IMG/VR virus record: IMGVR_UViG_3300017950_000006
Coordinates: 1-64,000 of that record
Reading direction: 5' to 3' (one strand)
Length of the DNA stretch: 64,000 nucleotides
DNA from: a virus
Each line of letters opens with the position of its first letter. The first letter of the stretch is position 1. The translations under genes were made by a program, and so were the position numbers. The notes beneath the pieces are model-generated. The model made no database searches, was not told the DNA's origin, and saw only the letters and a list, made by a program, of their open reading frames with translations. Of this stretch, positions 56,720 through 64,000 are shown in pieces.

Positions 56720-57817
56720 ATGGCTAGTAAAGCATTTGACGTTTCTAAGTTTCGTAAAAACTTAACTAAATCTATTTCAGGCATGAGTGCAGGATTTAAC
56801 GATCCTACTGATTGGATTAGTACAGGTAACTATGCACTCAACTTCCTTATCTCAGGAGACTTTAACAAAGGTGTTCCACTAGGTAAGGTAACTGTTTTTG
56901 CAGGAGAATCTGGTGCAGGTAAATCATATATCTGTGCAGGTAACATTGTAAAGGCGGCACAAGATCAAGGCATCTTTGTAGTTCTAATTGACTCAGAGAA
57001 CGCACTTGATGAAACATGGCTACAGGCTCTTGAAGTTGACACAAGTGAAGAAAAACTTCTTAAACTTAATATGTCAATGATTGATGATGTAGCAAAAACA
57101 ATTTCAACATTTATGGCAGACTATAAAGAAATGCCGGATGAAGAACGTCCTAAAGTATTATTTGTTATTGATAGTTTAGGTATGTTGCTAACACCTACTG
57201 ATGTTGATCAGTTTAACAAGGGTGATATGAAAGGTGATATGGGTCGTAAGCCTAAGGCATTGACTTCACTTGTTCGTAACACAGTTAATATGATTGGCTC
57301 ACACAATGTTGGCTTGGTATGTACTAACCATACATACGCATCGCAAGATATGTTCGATCCAGATGATAAGATTTCAGGTGGACAAGGATTTATCTATGCA
57401 TCTTCAATTGTTGTAGCAATGAAAAAACTAAAACTAAAAGAAGATGAAGATGGTAATAAAATTAGCGAAGTGCGTGGAATTAGAGCAGGTTGTAAAGTAA
57501 TGAAAACACGTTACGCAAAACCGTTCGAAGGCGTACAAGTTAAAATTCCATACGAAACTGGTATGAATCCTTACAGTGGACTTGTTGATCTTTTTGAGAA
57601 AAAAGGTATGCTTGTTAAAGATGGTAACAGACTTAAATATGTTACTACTACAGGCGAAGAAGTTAAAGAATATCGTAAAGTTTGGGAAGCCGGCGGCACT
57701 TTATTAGATCAAGTCATGAATGACTTTAGTAACCGTGAGGAAGAACTAATTACAGATGAAGAGGTTCAAATCGAACCTGATGAAACTGTAGTACAGGAAC
57801 CAGTAACTGAGGAGTAA
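56720..57817 (+). CDS. uvsX: RecA-like recombinase UvsX
   Basis: ISTGNYALN, FAGESGAGKS, IDSENALD, VIDSLG, TNHTY, SGGQG..YASS. Confidence 0.92.
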   Translation: MASKAFDVSKFRKNLTKSISGMSAGFNDPTDWISTGNYALNFLISGDFNKGVPLGKVTVFAGESGAGKSYICAGNIVKAAQDQGIFVVLIDSENALDETWLQALEVDTSEEKLLKLNMSMIDDVAKTISTFMADYKEMPDEERPKVLFVIDSLGMLLTPTDVDQFNKGDMKGDMGRKPKALTSLVRNTVNMIGSHNVGLVCTNHTYASQDMFDPDDKISGGQGFIYASSIVVAMKKLKLKEDEDGNKISEVRGIRAGCKVMKTRYAKPFEGVQVKIPYETGMNPYSGLVDLFEKKGMLVKDGNRLKYVTTTGEEVKEYRKVWEAGGTLLDQVMNDFSNREEELITDEEVQIEPDETVVQEPVTEE

Positions 57818-57825
57818 TTTGTTTT

Positions 57826-58053
57826 ATGGATAGTTCACAAGTTGTAGATATATGGAATCTTTTTAAAGAGCATACAGATAAGAAACATCTCGAAACACTT
57901 GCTGAAAGGTTTGTTGATCTTTTAGCAGATTATGGTGTTGGTGATGATGCGCTTAAAGATGCCATTGGTAACTGCGATTTCCTTGATTCAGCAATTAACT
58001 ATTATCTTGATATAGATGAAGAACTAGTTTCAGACGATGATGATTGGGATTAA
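57826..58053 (+). CDS. Small acidic hypothetical protein
   Basis: 75-aa ORF with GGAG RBS between uvsX and uvsY. Confidence 0.6.
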   Translation: MDSSQVVDIWNLFKEHTDKKHLETLAERFVDLLADYGVGDDALKDAIGNCDFLDSAINYYLDIDEELVSDDDDWD

Positions 58054-58055
58054 TA

Positions 58056-58508
58056 ATGTGGTATAGCAAAATATCAAAAGATATTAGCCATATTCCAGAT
58101 GCTATATCATACTTCGAAGCAGAACTTATTGAAGCAAAAAAAGAAATCCGAATTTATGGAAATCTAGAGAAGGCCGCGGCAGAAATGCCCGGCCTTGTCG
58201 AGCATCGTTTTAATCAATTACAAGAACTTGAAGCAATACTTGAGTATCTTAATATCGAACTTCGTAGACTTCGTAGTAGTTTTTTTAAAAAATATCTTGA
58301 AAACTATCAACGTGCATTAAGCAGTCGTGACGTTGAAAAATACGTTGACGGTGAGGCAGACGTTGTTGACTACGAAAAGATTATTAACGAGTTTGCTCTT
58401 ATGCGTAATAAATGGTTAGGAATCTCGAAAGGACTTGATCAGAAGCAATGGCAGATTACAAACATTACTAAGTTACGTGTAGCGGGCATGGAAGATGCAT
58501 CAATTTAA
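58056..58508 (+). CDS. uvsY: Recombination mediator UvsY-like
   Basis: Start likely at the ATG at 58056; helical; YLENYQRALSSRDVEKYVDGE, KGLDQKQWQI; follows uvsX. Confidence 0.7.
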   Translation: MWYSKISKDISHIPDAISYFEAELIEAKKEIRIYGNLEKAAAEMPGLVEHRFNQLQELEAILEYLNIELRRLRSSFFKKYLENYQRALSSRDVEKYVDGEADVVDYEKIINEFALMRNKWLGISKGLDQKQWQITNITKLRVAGMEDASI

Positions 58509-59043
58509 CAATGAACTAGATACCCTTATGTCCAAAGTTAAAAAAGGACAAATGGAAAGATCCGAATATGCTTACATTGCCGAAAGACTTGGAAATAAAA
58601 ATTTATTAATATTTGGTACCGGACATGATTCTCAATTTTGGAGACACGCTAATACCGGTACTACAATTTTTCTAGAACATGATCCGGAATGGGTACTAGA
58701 AAAAACTAAAGATGTATTCTTAATTGAATATACATCAAACATAAAAGATTATCAAAAACTATTAGACGAATACAATTCTAATAACTTTTCTAACTTAGAA
58801 ATTACCTTACCTTCTGTTGTTTATGAGCACGAATGGGACGTAATATTTGTTGACGGACCTCCAGGAAATAAAAAGAAAAGTATCGGACGTATGCAAAGTA
58901 TCTATATGGCTAATAAATTAGCAAATAAGAATACTGATATATTTGTACATGATTGTAATCGTATTGTCGAAGACGTTTATACTAAGGCATTCTTTAACAT
59001 ACAAGAAGAATTAGTTAAACTTAGACACTGTAGGAAAAAATAA
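58495..59043 (+). CDS. DUF579 (GXM/IRX15-like) polysaccharide O-methyltransferase homolog
   Basis: NLLIFGTGHDS..W, TIFLE...W, WDVIFVDGPPG, GRMQSIY and TDIFVHDCNR.VE closely match plant GXM motifs (NFLVFGLGHDS, WDLIMVDAP, GRMSAIY, TDVFVHDVNR). Confidence 0.75.
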   Translation: MHQFNNELDTLMSKVKKGQMERSEYAYIAERLGNKNLLIFGTGHDSQFWRHANTGTTIFLEHDPEWVLEKTKDVFLIEYTSNIKDYQKLLDEYNSNNFSNLEITLPSVVYEHEWDVIFVDGPPGNKKKSIGRMQSIYMANKLANKNTDIFVHDCNRIVEDVYTKAFFNIQEELVKLRHCRKK

Positions 59044-59783
59044 TGAATCGTATAATTTCTTTTGATCCTCGAGATCTAACATTTATTACAACTGCTAATA
59101 ACTTATATGTTAATTTCGTAGAACCGTTTATATACTTTTGTAAAACTAGTAATCCTGGTTGTAAGATTGAAATTTGGGTTGATGACTTAAATGCAGTATC
59201 AAAAATAAATGATCCAGATGTTAGAATTCATCAATTACCAAACACTTATCATGTTGCAACATATAGATACATTTTAACACCAACTTGGGAAACTAAGTAT
59301 TACTATATTACTGATGTAGATATAATGCATACTGAATTTGTTCAACCATTTCATTTAATGCTTATGCAAGAATCTGGGTTGCCATTTAGTAATATTATAC
59401 GCAACAAAAAAGGTCAACATAATCGTATGAGTGGTTTACATTTTGTAAAATCTCAATGGTACGAAGATACAAAAAATATAAGACCGCGAATTGAACCTAA
59501 AGGACAAGACGAAGAAATGTTATATCAGATTGCAAATAGCATTTATGATTTAGGAAAAGTTACTAAAGGTTTATCTAATAGACCTGTACAAGGAATTCAT
59601 TGTTCGGTAGGACGTAATCCTAGAGATAAACAATCGTGGGAACTTACATCACAACGATCGGCTTATTTTGTTGATGCAATTTTAAAACATGGAACATTTA
59701 ATCCATGGTTTGAAGAAAAAGTATGTAGGCCAATAATAGGCGAAGATACATTTGATAAAATGAGAAAACGTAGACGGATATGA
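59043..59783 (+). CDS. Putative GT-A glycosyltransferase
   Basis: YYITDVDIM (DxD), RMSGLHF, DEEMLY. Confidence 0.5.
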   Translation: MNRIISFDPRDLTFITTANNLYVNFVEPFIYFCKTSNPGCKIEIWVDDLNAVSKINDPDVRIHQLPNTYHVATYRYILTPTWETKYYYITDVDIMHTEFVQPFHLMLMQESGLPFSNIIRNKKGQHNRMSGLHFVKSQWYEDTKNIRPRIEPKGQDEEMLYQIANSIYDLGKVTKGLSNRPVQGIHCSVGRNPRDKQSWELTSQRSAYFVDAILKHGTFNPWFEEKVCRPIIGEDTFDKMRKRRRI

Positions 59784-60391
59784 AGTTCAACATTGTAGTT
59801 GCTAGTGACATTAATTTAAAACGGTTTATTAATCCTTGCATTGACAGTATTAAGAAAATAGGATATGATCCAATGGTGTATGATCTTGGCGGACTAGGAT
59901 ATGGTAAGCCTTTTGAAAGTACAACTAGCGATAAAGCACTTCAGAAATTTCCTAAAAAGCCATTTGTTATTAAAGATGCATTACAACGTATTCCAAAAGA
60001 TAGTTGGCTTGCATGGATTGATATTGATTGCATTATGCAACACCCTATAGACGATGCTATTGGGGAGTATGACGTAGGAGTAACCTTTAGAAAAAATCAT
60101 TTAAACTCTGGTGTAAATTTTTGGAAACACAACAGTAGAGCATTACACTTTCTAGATGTTTGGAGTAAAGAAGCATTACTAGTAGGTGGTGATCAAAACG
60201 GTCTTAATAGGATATGTAAAATTACATCTGGTTCAAGTGTTAACACTATACTTGATATTGAAGGTGCTAAAGTAAAAGTTTTTGATTCAAGAGTTTATAA
60301 TAATTTCTTTTTCAAGAAAGATCAAAGTAACGCAAGAATACTACATTACAAAAGTAAGTTTAGAAATAGGTTTCCCTTTGATGAAGTATGA
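59780..60391 (+). CDS. Nucleotide-diphospho-sugar transferase (GT-A)
   Basis: YDLG, KPFVI, WIDIDC (DxD), LNSGV, GDQNGLN, YN, ILHYK. Confidence 0.7.
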   Translation: MKFNIVVASDINLKRFINPCIDSIKKIGYDPMVYDLGGLGYGKPFESTTSDKALQKFPKKPFVIKDALQRIPKDSWLAWIDIDCIMQHPIDDAIGEYDVGVTFRKNHLNSGVNFWKHNSRALHFLDVWSKEALLVGGDQNGLNRICKITSGSSVNTILDIEGAKVKVFDSRVYNNFFFKKDQSNARILHYKSKFRNRFPFDEV

Positions 60392-60965
60392 TTTTATAGA
60401 AATAGGAACTAGTAATTTTCATACATTGATTGAAAATGCTAATAATGAAATTGGTATTTCGATCGAACCTATGAAAAAATATCTAGATCAGTTGCCAACT
60501 CCAAGTAATGTTATTAAGTTAAATTGTGCAATTAGTTTTGACGGTAGTAATAATTTGATTGATTTTTACTATATTGATCCTGATACTATTAAGCACCTCA
60601 ACTTAAAACCTTTTATGAAAGGGTGTAACTCAATAGGAAACTATCATCCTATGCACATAAAATATAATGTACAAGAACACGTAACTATAGACAAGGTAGA
60701 ACAACGTTCTTTAAAATCTGTTCTTGAAGAATATAATGTTACCGAATTAGATTACTTAAAAATTGATACAGAAGGTGGCGACTGTAAAATCATGCAACAA
60801 CTATATAACATTAAATTCAAACCAAAAAAAATTAAGTTTGAAACAAACAGTCTAGCAAACCCAGATGATGTTGCACATATACTAGATATATTTTCTAAAA
60901 TTGGCTATGATATTAGTTGGGATAATAAAGCCAAACGAGACACTATCTTAACATTGCATAGTTAA
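60381..60965 (+). CDS. FkbM-family SAM methyltransferase
   Basis: Start likely at the ATG at 60381 (MKYDFIEIG); SIEP, LNCAI, LDYLKIDTEGGD, IKFE. Confidence 0.8.
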   Translation: MKYDFIEIGTSNFHTLIENANNEIGISIEPMKKYLDQLPTPSNVIKLNCAISFDGSNNLIDFYYIDPDTIKHLNLKPFMKGCNSIGNYHPMHIKYNVQEHVTIDKVEQRSLKSVLEEYNVTELDYLKIDTEGGDCKIMQQLYNIKFKPKKIKFETNSLANPDDVAHILDIFSKIGYDISWDNKAKRDTILTLHS

Positions 60966-60974
60966 ATATTGCTG

Positions 60975-61721
60975 ATGAAACAGCAACTGATTAACCATAT
61001 ATTAGATAAATTCCCTGAAACATACGAACTGCAAAAGCAGTATAGAAGTCATCCTGACTACAGTTTATTAACATTAGAAAACTTTATTCCTCAAGATTTA
61101 GTTACACTAATGGCTAAAGAACTTGACGATATTCCATTAGAAGACTGTAAGCATTTTACAAGAGCAGGATCGTGTATGTATGAATTTAACAATGTAGATC
61201 GTACACCTGTACAAGACGCTGTTGTACACGCACTACACAGTGGTACATTTATTAAATGGTTACAAGAAGTTACAGACACAGTTGATTTAATTCCTGATCC
61301 GCATCTCATTGGTGCAGGATATATGAAATCATTTACTGGCGATAGTTTAAAAGTTCACTCAGATTTTAACTGGAATGAACAACTTAGACTGCATCGTATG
61401 TTAAGTGTAGTAATATATCTCAATGATGAATGGCAAGATGATTGGGGAGGACAGTTGCAGTTTTATGATACAAAAAGACAAAAGGTACATACTAAAGTAC
61501 CAGTAGGACCAGGCAACTGTGTAATATGGAACTACAATAATTTTGCATTCCATGGTTACCCAGAACCAATGACTTGTCCCGAAGGTGTAAGCAGAAAGGG
61601 TATTAGGTTTTTCTATTACGTCAGTAATGCCAAGCATGATGACAAACATCCACCACATCGTAGTTTATATTGGTATGATGAAAAAACAGGAACGCCATAC
61701 GATCAGCCATGGAACAAATAA
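60975..61721 (+). CDS. 2OG-Fe(II) oxygenase (prolyl-4-hydroxylase-like)
   Basis: LKVHSDFN (HxD), IYLN..W...WGGQL, FHG, RK; TAAATA at 60963-60968; start placed at the ATG at 60975. Confidence 0.85.
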   Translation: MKQQLINHILDKFPETYELQKQYRSHPDYSLLTLENFIPQDLVTLMAKELDDIPLEDCKHFTRAGSCMYEFNNVDRTPVQDAVVHALHSGTFIKWLQEVTDTVDLIPDPHLIGAGYMKSFTGDSLKVHSDFNWNEQLRLHRMLSVVIYLNDEWQDDWGGQLQFYDTKRQKVHTKVPVGPGNCVIWNYNNFAFHGYPEPMTCPEGVSRKGIRFFYYVSNAKHDDKHPPHRSLYWYDEKTGTPYDQPWNK

Positions 61722-62227
61722 ACATTACATTACCTGAATTAAATTATATACGTTTGCCATATAGAGCAATGGATAACGTTTCAGTTCAGGGTAGAGCAAC
61801 TGCATTTGAAAGTCAAAACAAACGATATCATCTTGCTGGATTTACAAAAGAAAACACAAAGTATGAACAATGTTTTCCTGTAACAGATGATTACGTACAG
61901 TTTGGTGCTACACTTTTTGATAGATGCACGGTAGCAGTAATGAAGCAGATGCCTGGACAAACACTACCAAGTCACGTAGACACATTTTACAAAATTTCAA
62001 ACGATTACGGTGTAGACCCGAAAGACTGTATTCGTGTAAACATCTTCCTTGAAGATTGGAAATCGGGTCATTATTTTGAAATAAATGAAAATCCGGTCTT
62101 GCAATGGAAGCGTGGTGATGCTATAATAATAGAAAAAGATGAACCGCATTTGAGTGCTAACAATGGTATGGTGCCTAAGTACACTATGCAAGTAACTGGA
62201 GTAAAAAATGAATTTAAGGGGTGCTAA
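61709..62227 (+). CDS. Cupin/2OG-Fe(II) hydroxylase-like protein
   Basis: PGQTLPSHVD (HxD), WKRGD, PHLSANNG, YTMQVTG. Confidence 0.65.
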   Translation: MEQINITLPELNYIRLPYRAMDNVSVQGRATAFESQNKRYHLAGFTKENTKYEQCFPVTDDYVQFGATLFDRCTVAVMKQMPGQTLPSHVDTFYKISNDYGVDPKDCIRVNIFLEDWKSGHYFEINENPVLQWKRGDAIIIEKDEPHLSANNGMVPKYTMQVTGVKNEFKGC

Positions 62228-63080
62228 ACCTGTACCTGATAATAAGGTAAAACAGTTTATTGAAAGTTTAAATCCTGTAAAAGATTTATACAATCCAAAA
62301 CTTCCACAAGAATTTAAGTACGAATTTGTAGATTGGATTTTATCAAGCGAATTTAATTTTATTAAAGGTATTGAAGAGTTTCCAGACATTACACTATGTA
62401 ACGGAACTGTGCAAGCATTTGATCATTTCCATTATAGGCACAAAGAAAAACGTTTTAGATTTTTTAAAGGCGAGTTTATGTATCATCAGGCTTGTCTAAA
62501 AAACGGAAGTCAATTTGAATGGATTAATGATAAACCATTAATGGAAGGTGACGCACTTATACTAAGTGTCCCTTTCAGTGATAGAGGTATTCAACACCCT
62601 GCAACAGATATGTTGTTGTTAAATGCAGAACAGTTTAATATTCCTGTACTACTTGATTTTGCTTATTATCCTTGTACAAAAAATATTAATTTAAATCTTA
62701 GCAACTACCCAGCAGTAGAAACGATTACATTTAGTATTAGTAAAGCATTCTACGGTGCAGAGTTTTTAAGAGTAGGTGTTCGTCTTGAACGTGCAAACAC
62801 AGACGACGGCATTGATGTATTCAATTCTGTTGATATGCACAATAGGATAGATTTAAGTATAGCAAGTAGTTTAATTAAAACCTTTCCGGTTGATTGGAAC
62901 TGGAAAACATACACTGATGTATACAATCAAGTTTGTGAAGAAAAGAATCTTCAACTAACAGATTGTATTATGTTTGGTCTTGGCGGAGATGAGTACAAAG
63001 AGTATAATCGAGGCGGAGAAGTCAATCGTGTTTGCATTAGTGATTTAATAGGAGAGAAAGTAAATGACAATAGTAAGTAG
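62208..63080 (+). CDS. PLP-dependent fold-type I enzyme (aminotransferase-like)
   Basis: NGTVQAF, VLLDFAYY (PLP Asp), FSISKAF (Schiff-base Lys), LRVGVR. Confidence 0.7.
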   Translation: MNLRGAKPVPDNKVKQFIESLNPVKDLYNPKLPQEFKYEFVDWILSSEFNFIKGIEEFPDITLCNGTVQAFDHFHYRHKEKRFRFFKGEFMYHQACLKNGSQFEWINDKPLMEGDALILSVPFSDRGIQHPATDMLLLNAEQFNIPVLLDFAYYPCTKNINLNLSNYPAVETITFSISKAFYGAEFLRVGVRLERANTDDGIDVFNSVDMHNRIDLSIASSLIKTFPVDWNWKTYTDVYNQVCEEKNLQLTDCIMFGLGGDEYKEYNRGGEVNRVCISDLIGEKVNDNSK

Positions 63081-64000
63081 TCATAATGATTGGGATCCGT
63101 TAGAGGAAGTATTTGTAGGTATTGCAGATCATGCACGTATTCCTACAGTGGATAAATCAACACACAGTTTCGGATTTGCTGATTGTAAATGGGAACACAT
63201 TAAGGATCTTGAAGGACCTAGTCCAGAATGGGTAATTAATGAAGCAAACGAGGATTTAGACAATTTTGCAAAAGTATTATCTGATTTAGGTGTTAAAGTA
63301 AGACGCCCCGAATCAATTGACCATTCAAAGGAGTTTGGCTCTCCTGACTGGAAAACAACAGGGTGGTACACGTATTGTCCGCGTGATTTATTGTTGCCTT
63401 TAGATAATCTTATTATTGATTGTCCCGGCGCAATGAGAGCAAGGCAGTACGAAACAACTGCGTACAGAGAATTTTTGTATGAAGCAATGCAAGGCGGTAG
63501 TGAATGGATTAGTGCACCACGTCCAAGACTACTTGATGAAAGTTATCAGTTAGAGGATTTAAGTATTCCAACACTTGTAAACAAAGAGATTGTTTTTGAC
63601 GCACCTAACATTGTACGCCTTGGTAAAGATTTATTGTATCAAGTAAGCAACAGTGGAACTAAATTAGGTTACGAATGGCTTAAAACTATTGTTGAACCAA
63701 GAGGTTATAAGTTGCATCTTGCTGAAGGCTTTTATAGTTATTCACACTTTGACTCAACTGTTATTCCTTTACGTCCGGGATTAGTATTGTTTAATGGTGA
63801 TAGAATTAGACCAGACTTTTATCCTAAAATCTTTGAGTCATGGGACAAAATTTATTTCCCAGGTGATAAAGTAATCGACATTGGTACAAACTTACCAAAT
63901 GGTGTATCACCTTGTAGTAAGTATATCGGTTTGAACTTTATGAGTGTAAATGAAAACTTGGTAATCTGTGATGAGAATCAAGAAGAACTACGTAAAGAGT
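63064..64000 (+). CDS. Amidinotransferase (glycine/inosamine-phosphate amidinotransferase family); 3'-truncated, not in ORF track
   Basis: Manual translation: MTIVSSHNDWDPLEEVFVG...EANEDLD...GVKVRRP...YCPRD...SAPRPRL...FDAPN..RLGKDLLY..SNSG...HFDST..PLRPGLVL...IGLNFMS; open to the window end. Confidence 0.88.
   Translation, partial: MTIVSSHNDWDPLEEVFVGIADHARIPTVDKSTHSFGFADCKWEHIKDLEGPSPEWVINEANEDLDNFAKVLSDLGVKVRRPESIDHSKEFGSPDWKTTGWYTYCPRDLLLPLDNLIIDCPGAMRARQYETTAYREFLYEAMQGGSEWISAPRPRLLDESYQLEDLSIPTLVNKEIVFDAPNIVRLGKDLLYQVSNSGTKLGYEWLKTIVEPRGYKLHLAEGFYSYSHFDSTVIPLRPGLVLFNGDRIRPDFYPKIFESWDKIYFPGDKVIDIGTNLPNGVSPCSKYIGLNFMSVNENLVICDENQEELRKE

Noticed and set aside
60282-60380. N-terminal extension of the FkbM ORF given in the ORF track
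   Set aside because: It overlaps the upstream GT gene by over 100 nt; the methyltransferase motif begins right after the ATG at 60381.
1236-63371. Many short antisense or alternate-frame ORFs in the ORF track (e.g. 1236..1559, 10922..11302, 38583..38873, 53708..54061, 63129..63371)
   Set aside because: They lie wholly within long ORFs with recognisable motifs and show no family motifs of their own; treated as shadow ORFs.
1-64000. Stop-codon reassignment, as found in some large phages
   Set aside because: Standard-code ORFs are long and tile the window; TAG, TAA and TGA all occur at sensible gene ends.
1-64000. CRISPR arrays, tRNAs, rRNAs, introns, inteins, IS elements
   Set aside because: Intergenic gaps are at most about 120 bp with no repeat-spacer or cloverleaf pattern noticed; terminase and UvsX are uninterrupted and of ordinary length. 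Checked by eye only.

Overview
A 64-kb, AT-rich, densely coding segment of a large T4-like (contractile-tail, probably jumbo) phage genome in the standard genetic code; the host cannot be determined from this window. Layout: (1) about 1-34.8 kb, baseplate and tail-fibre genes, including three very large modular proteins and a triplet of Cys/Gly-rich adhesin-like proteins with two chaperones, interrupted by an enzyme cassette (nitrilase family, GT9-like glycosyltransferase, two SGNH-like proteins, NodU/CmcH carbamoyltransferase); (2) 34.9-41.1 kb, a minus-strand operon in which neck/tail-terminator genes run directly into NUDIX, hldE, hldD and a sugar-isomerase-like cupin; (3) 41.2-55.6 kb, neck, dNMP kinase, sheath, tube, head completion, terminase and acidic head-protein-like genes; (4) gp32, uvsX and uvsY; (5) 58.5-64 kb, a second sugar/amine-tailoring island (DUF579/GXM-like methyltransferase, two GT-A proteins, FkbM methyltransferase, two Fe(II) oxygenase-like proteins, a PLP enzyme and an amidinotransferase). 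A TAAATA late-promoter motif precedes most structural genes, often only 4-6 nt before the ATG; two canonical sigma70 promoters precede the dNMP kinase and gp32. Best candidate for an undescribed system: late-expressed, phage-encoded ADP-heptose synthesis plus a GT9-type transferase and tailoring enzymes, possibly glycosylating the virion, next to unusually Cys-rich fibre-tip proteins. All functional calls come from motif recognition by eye; no database search was run.
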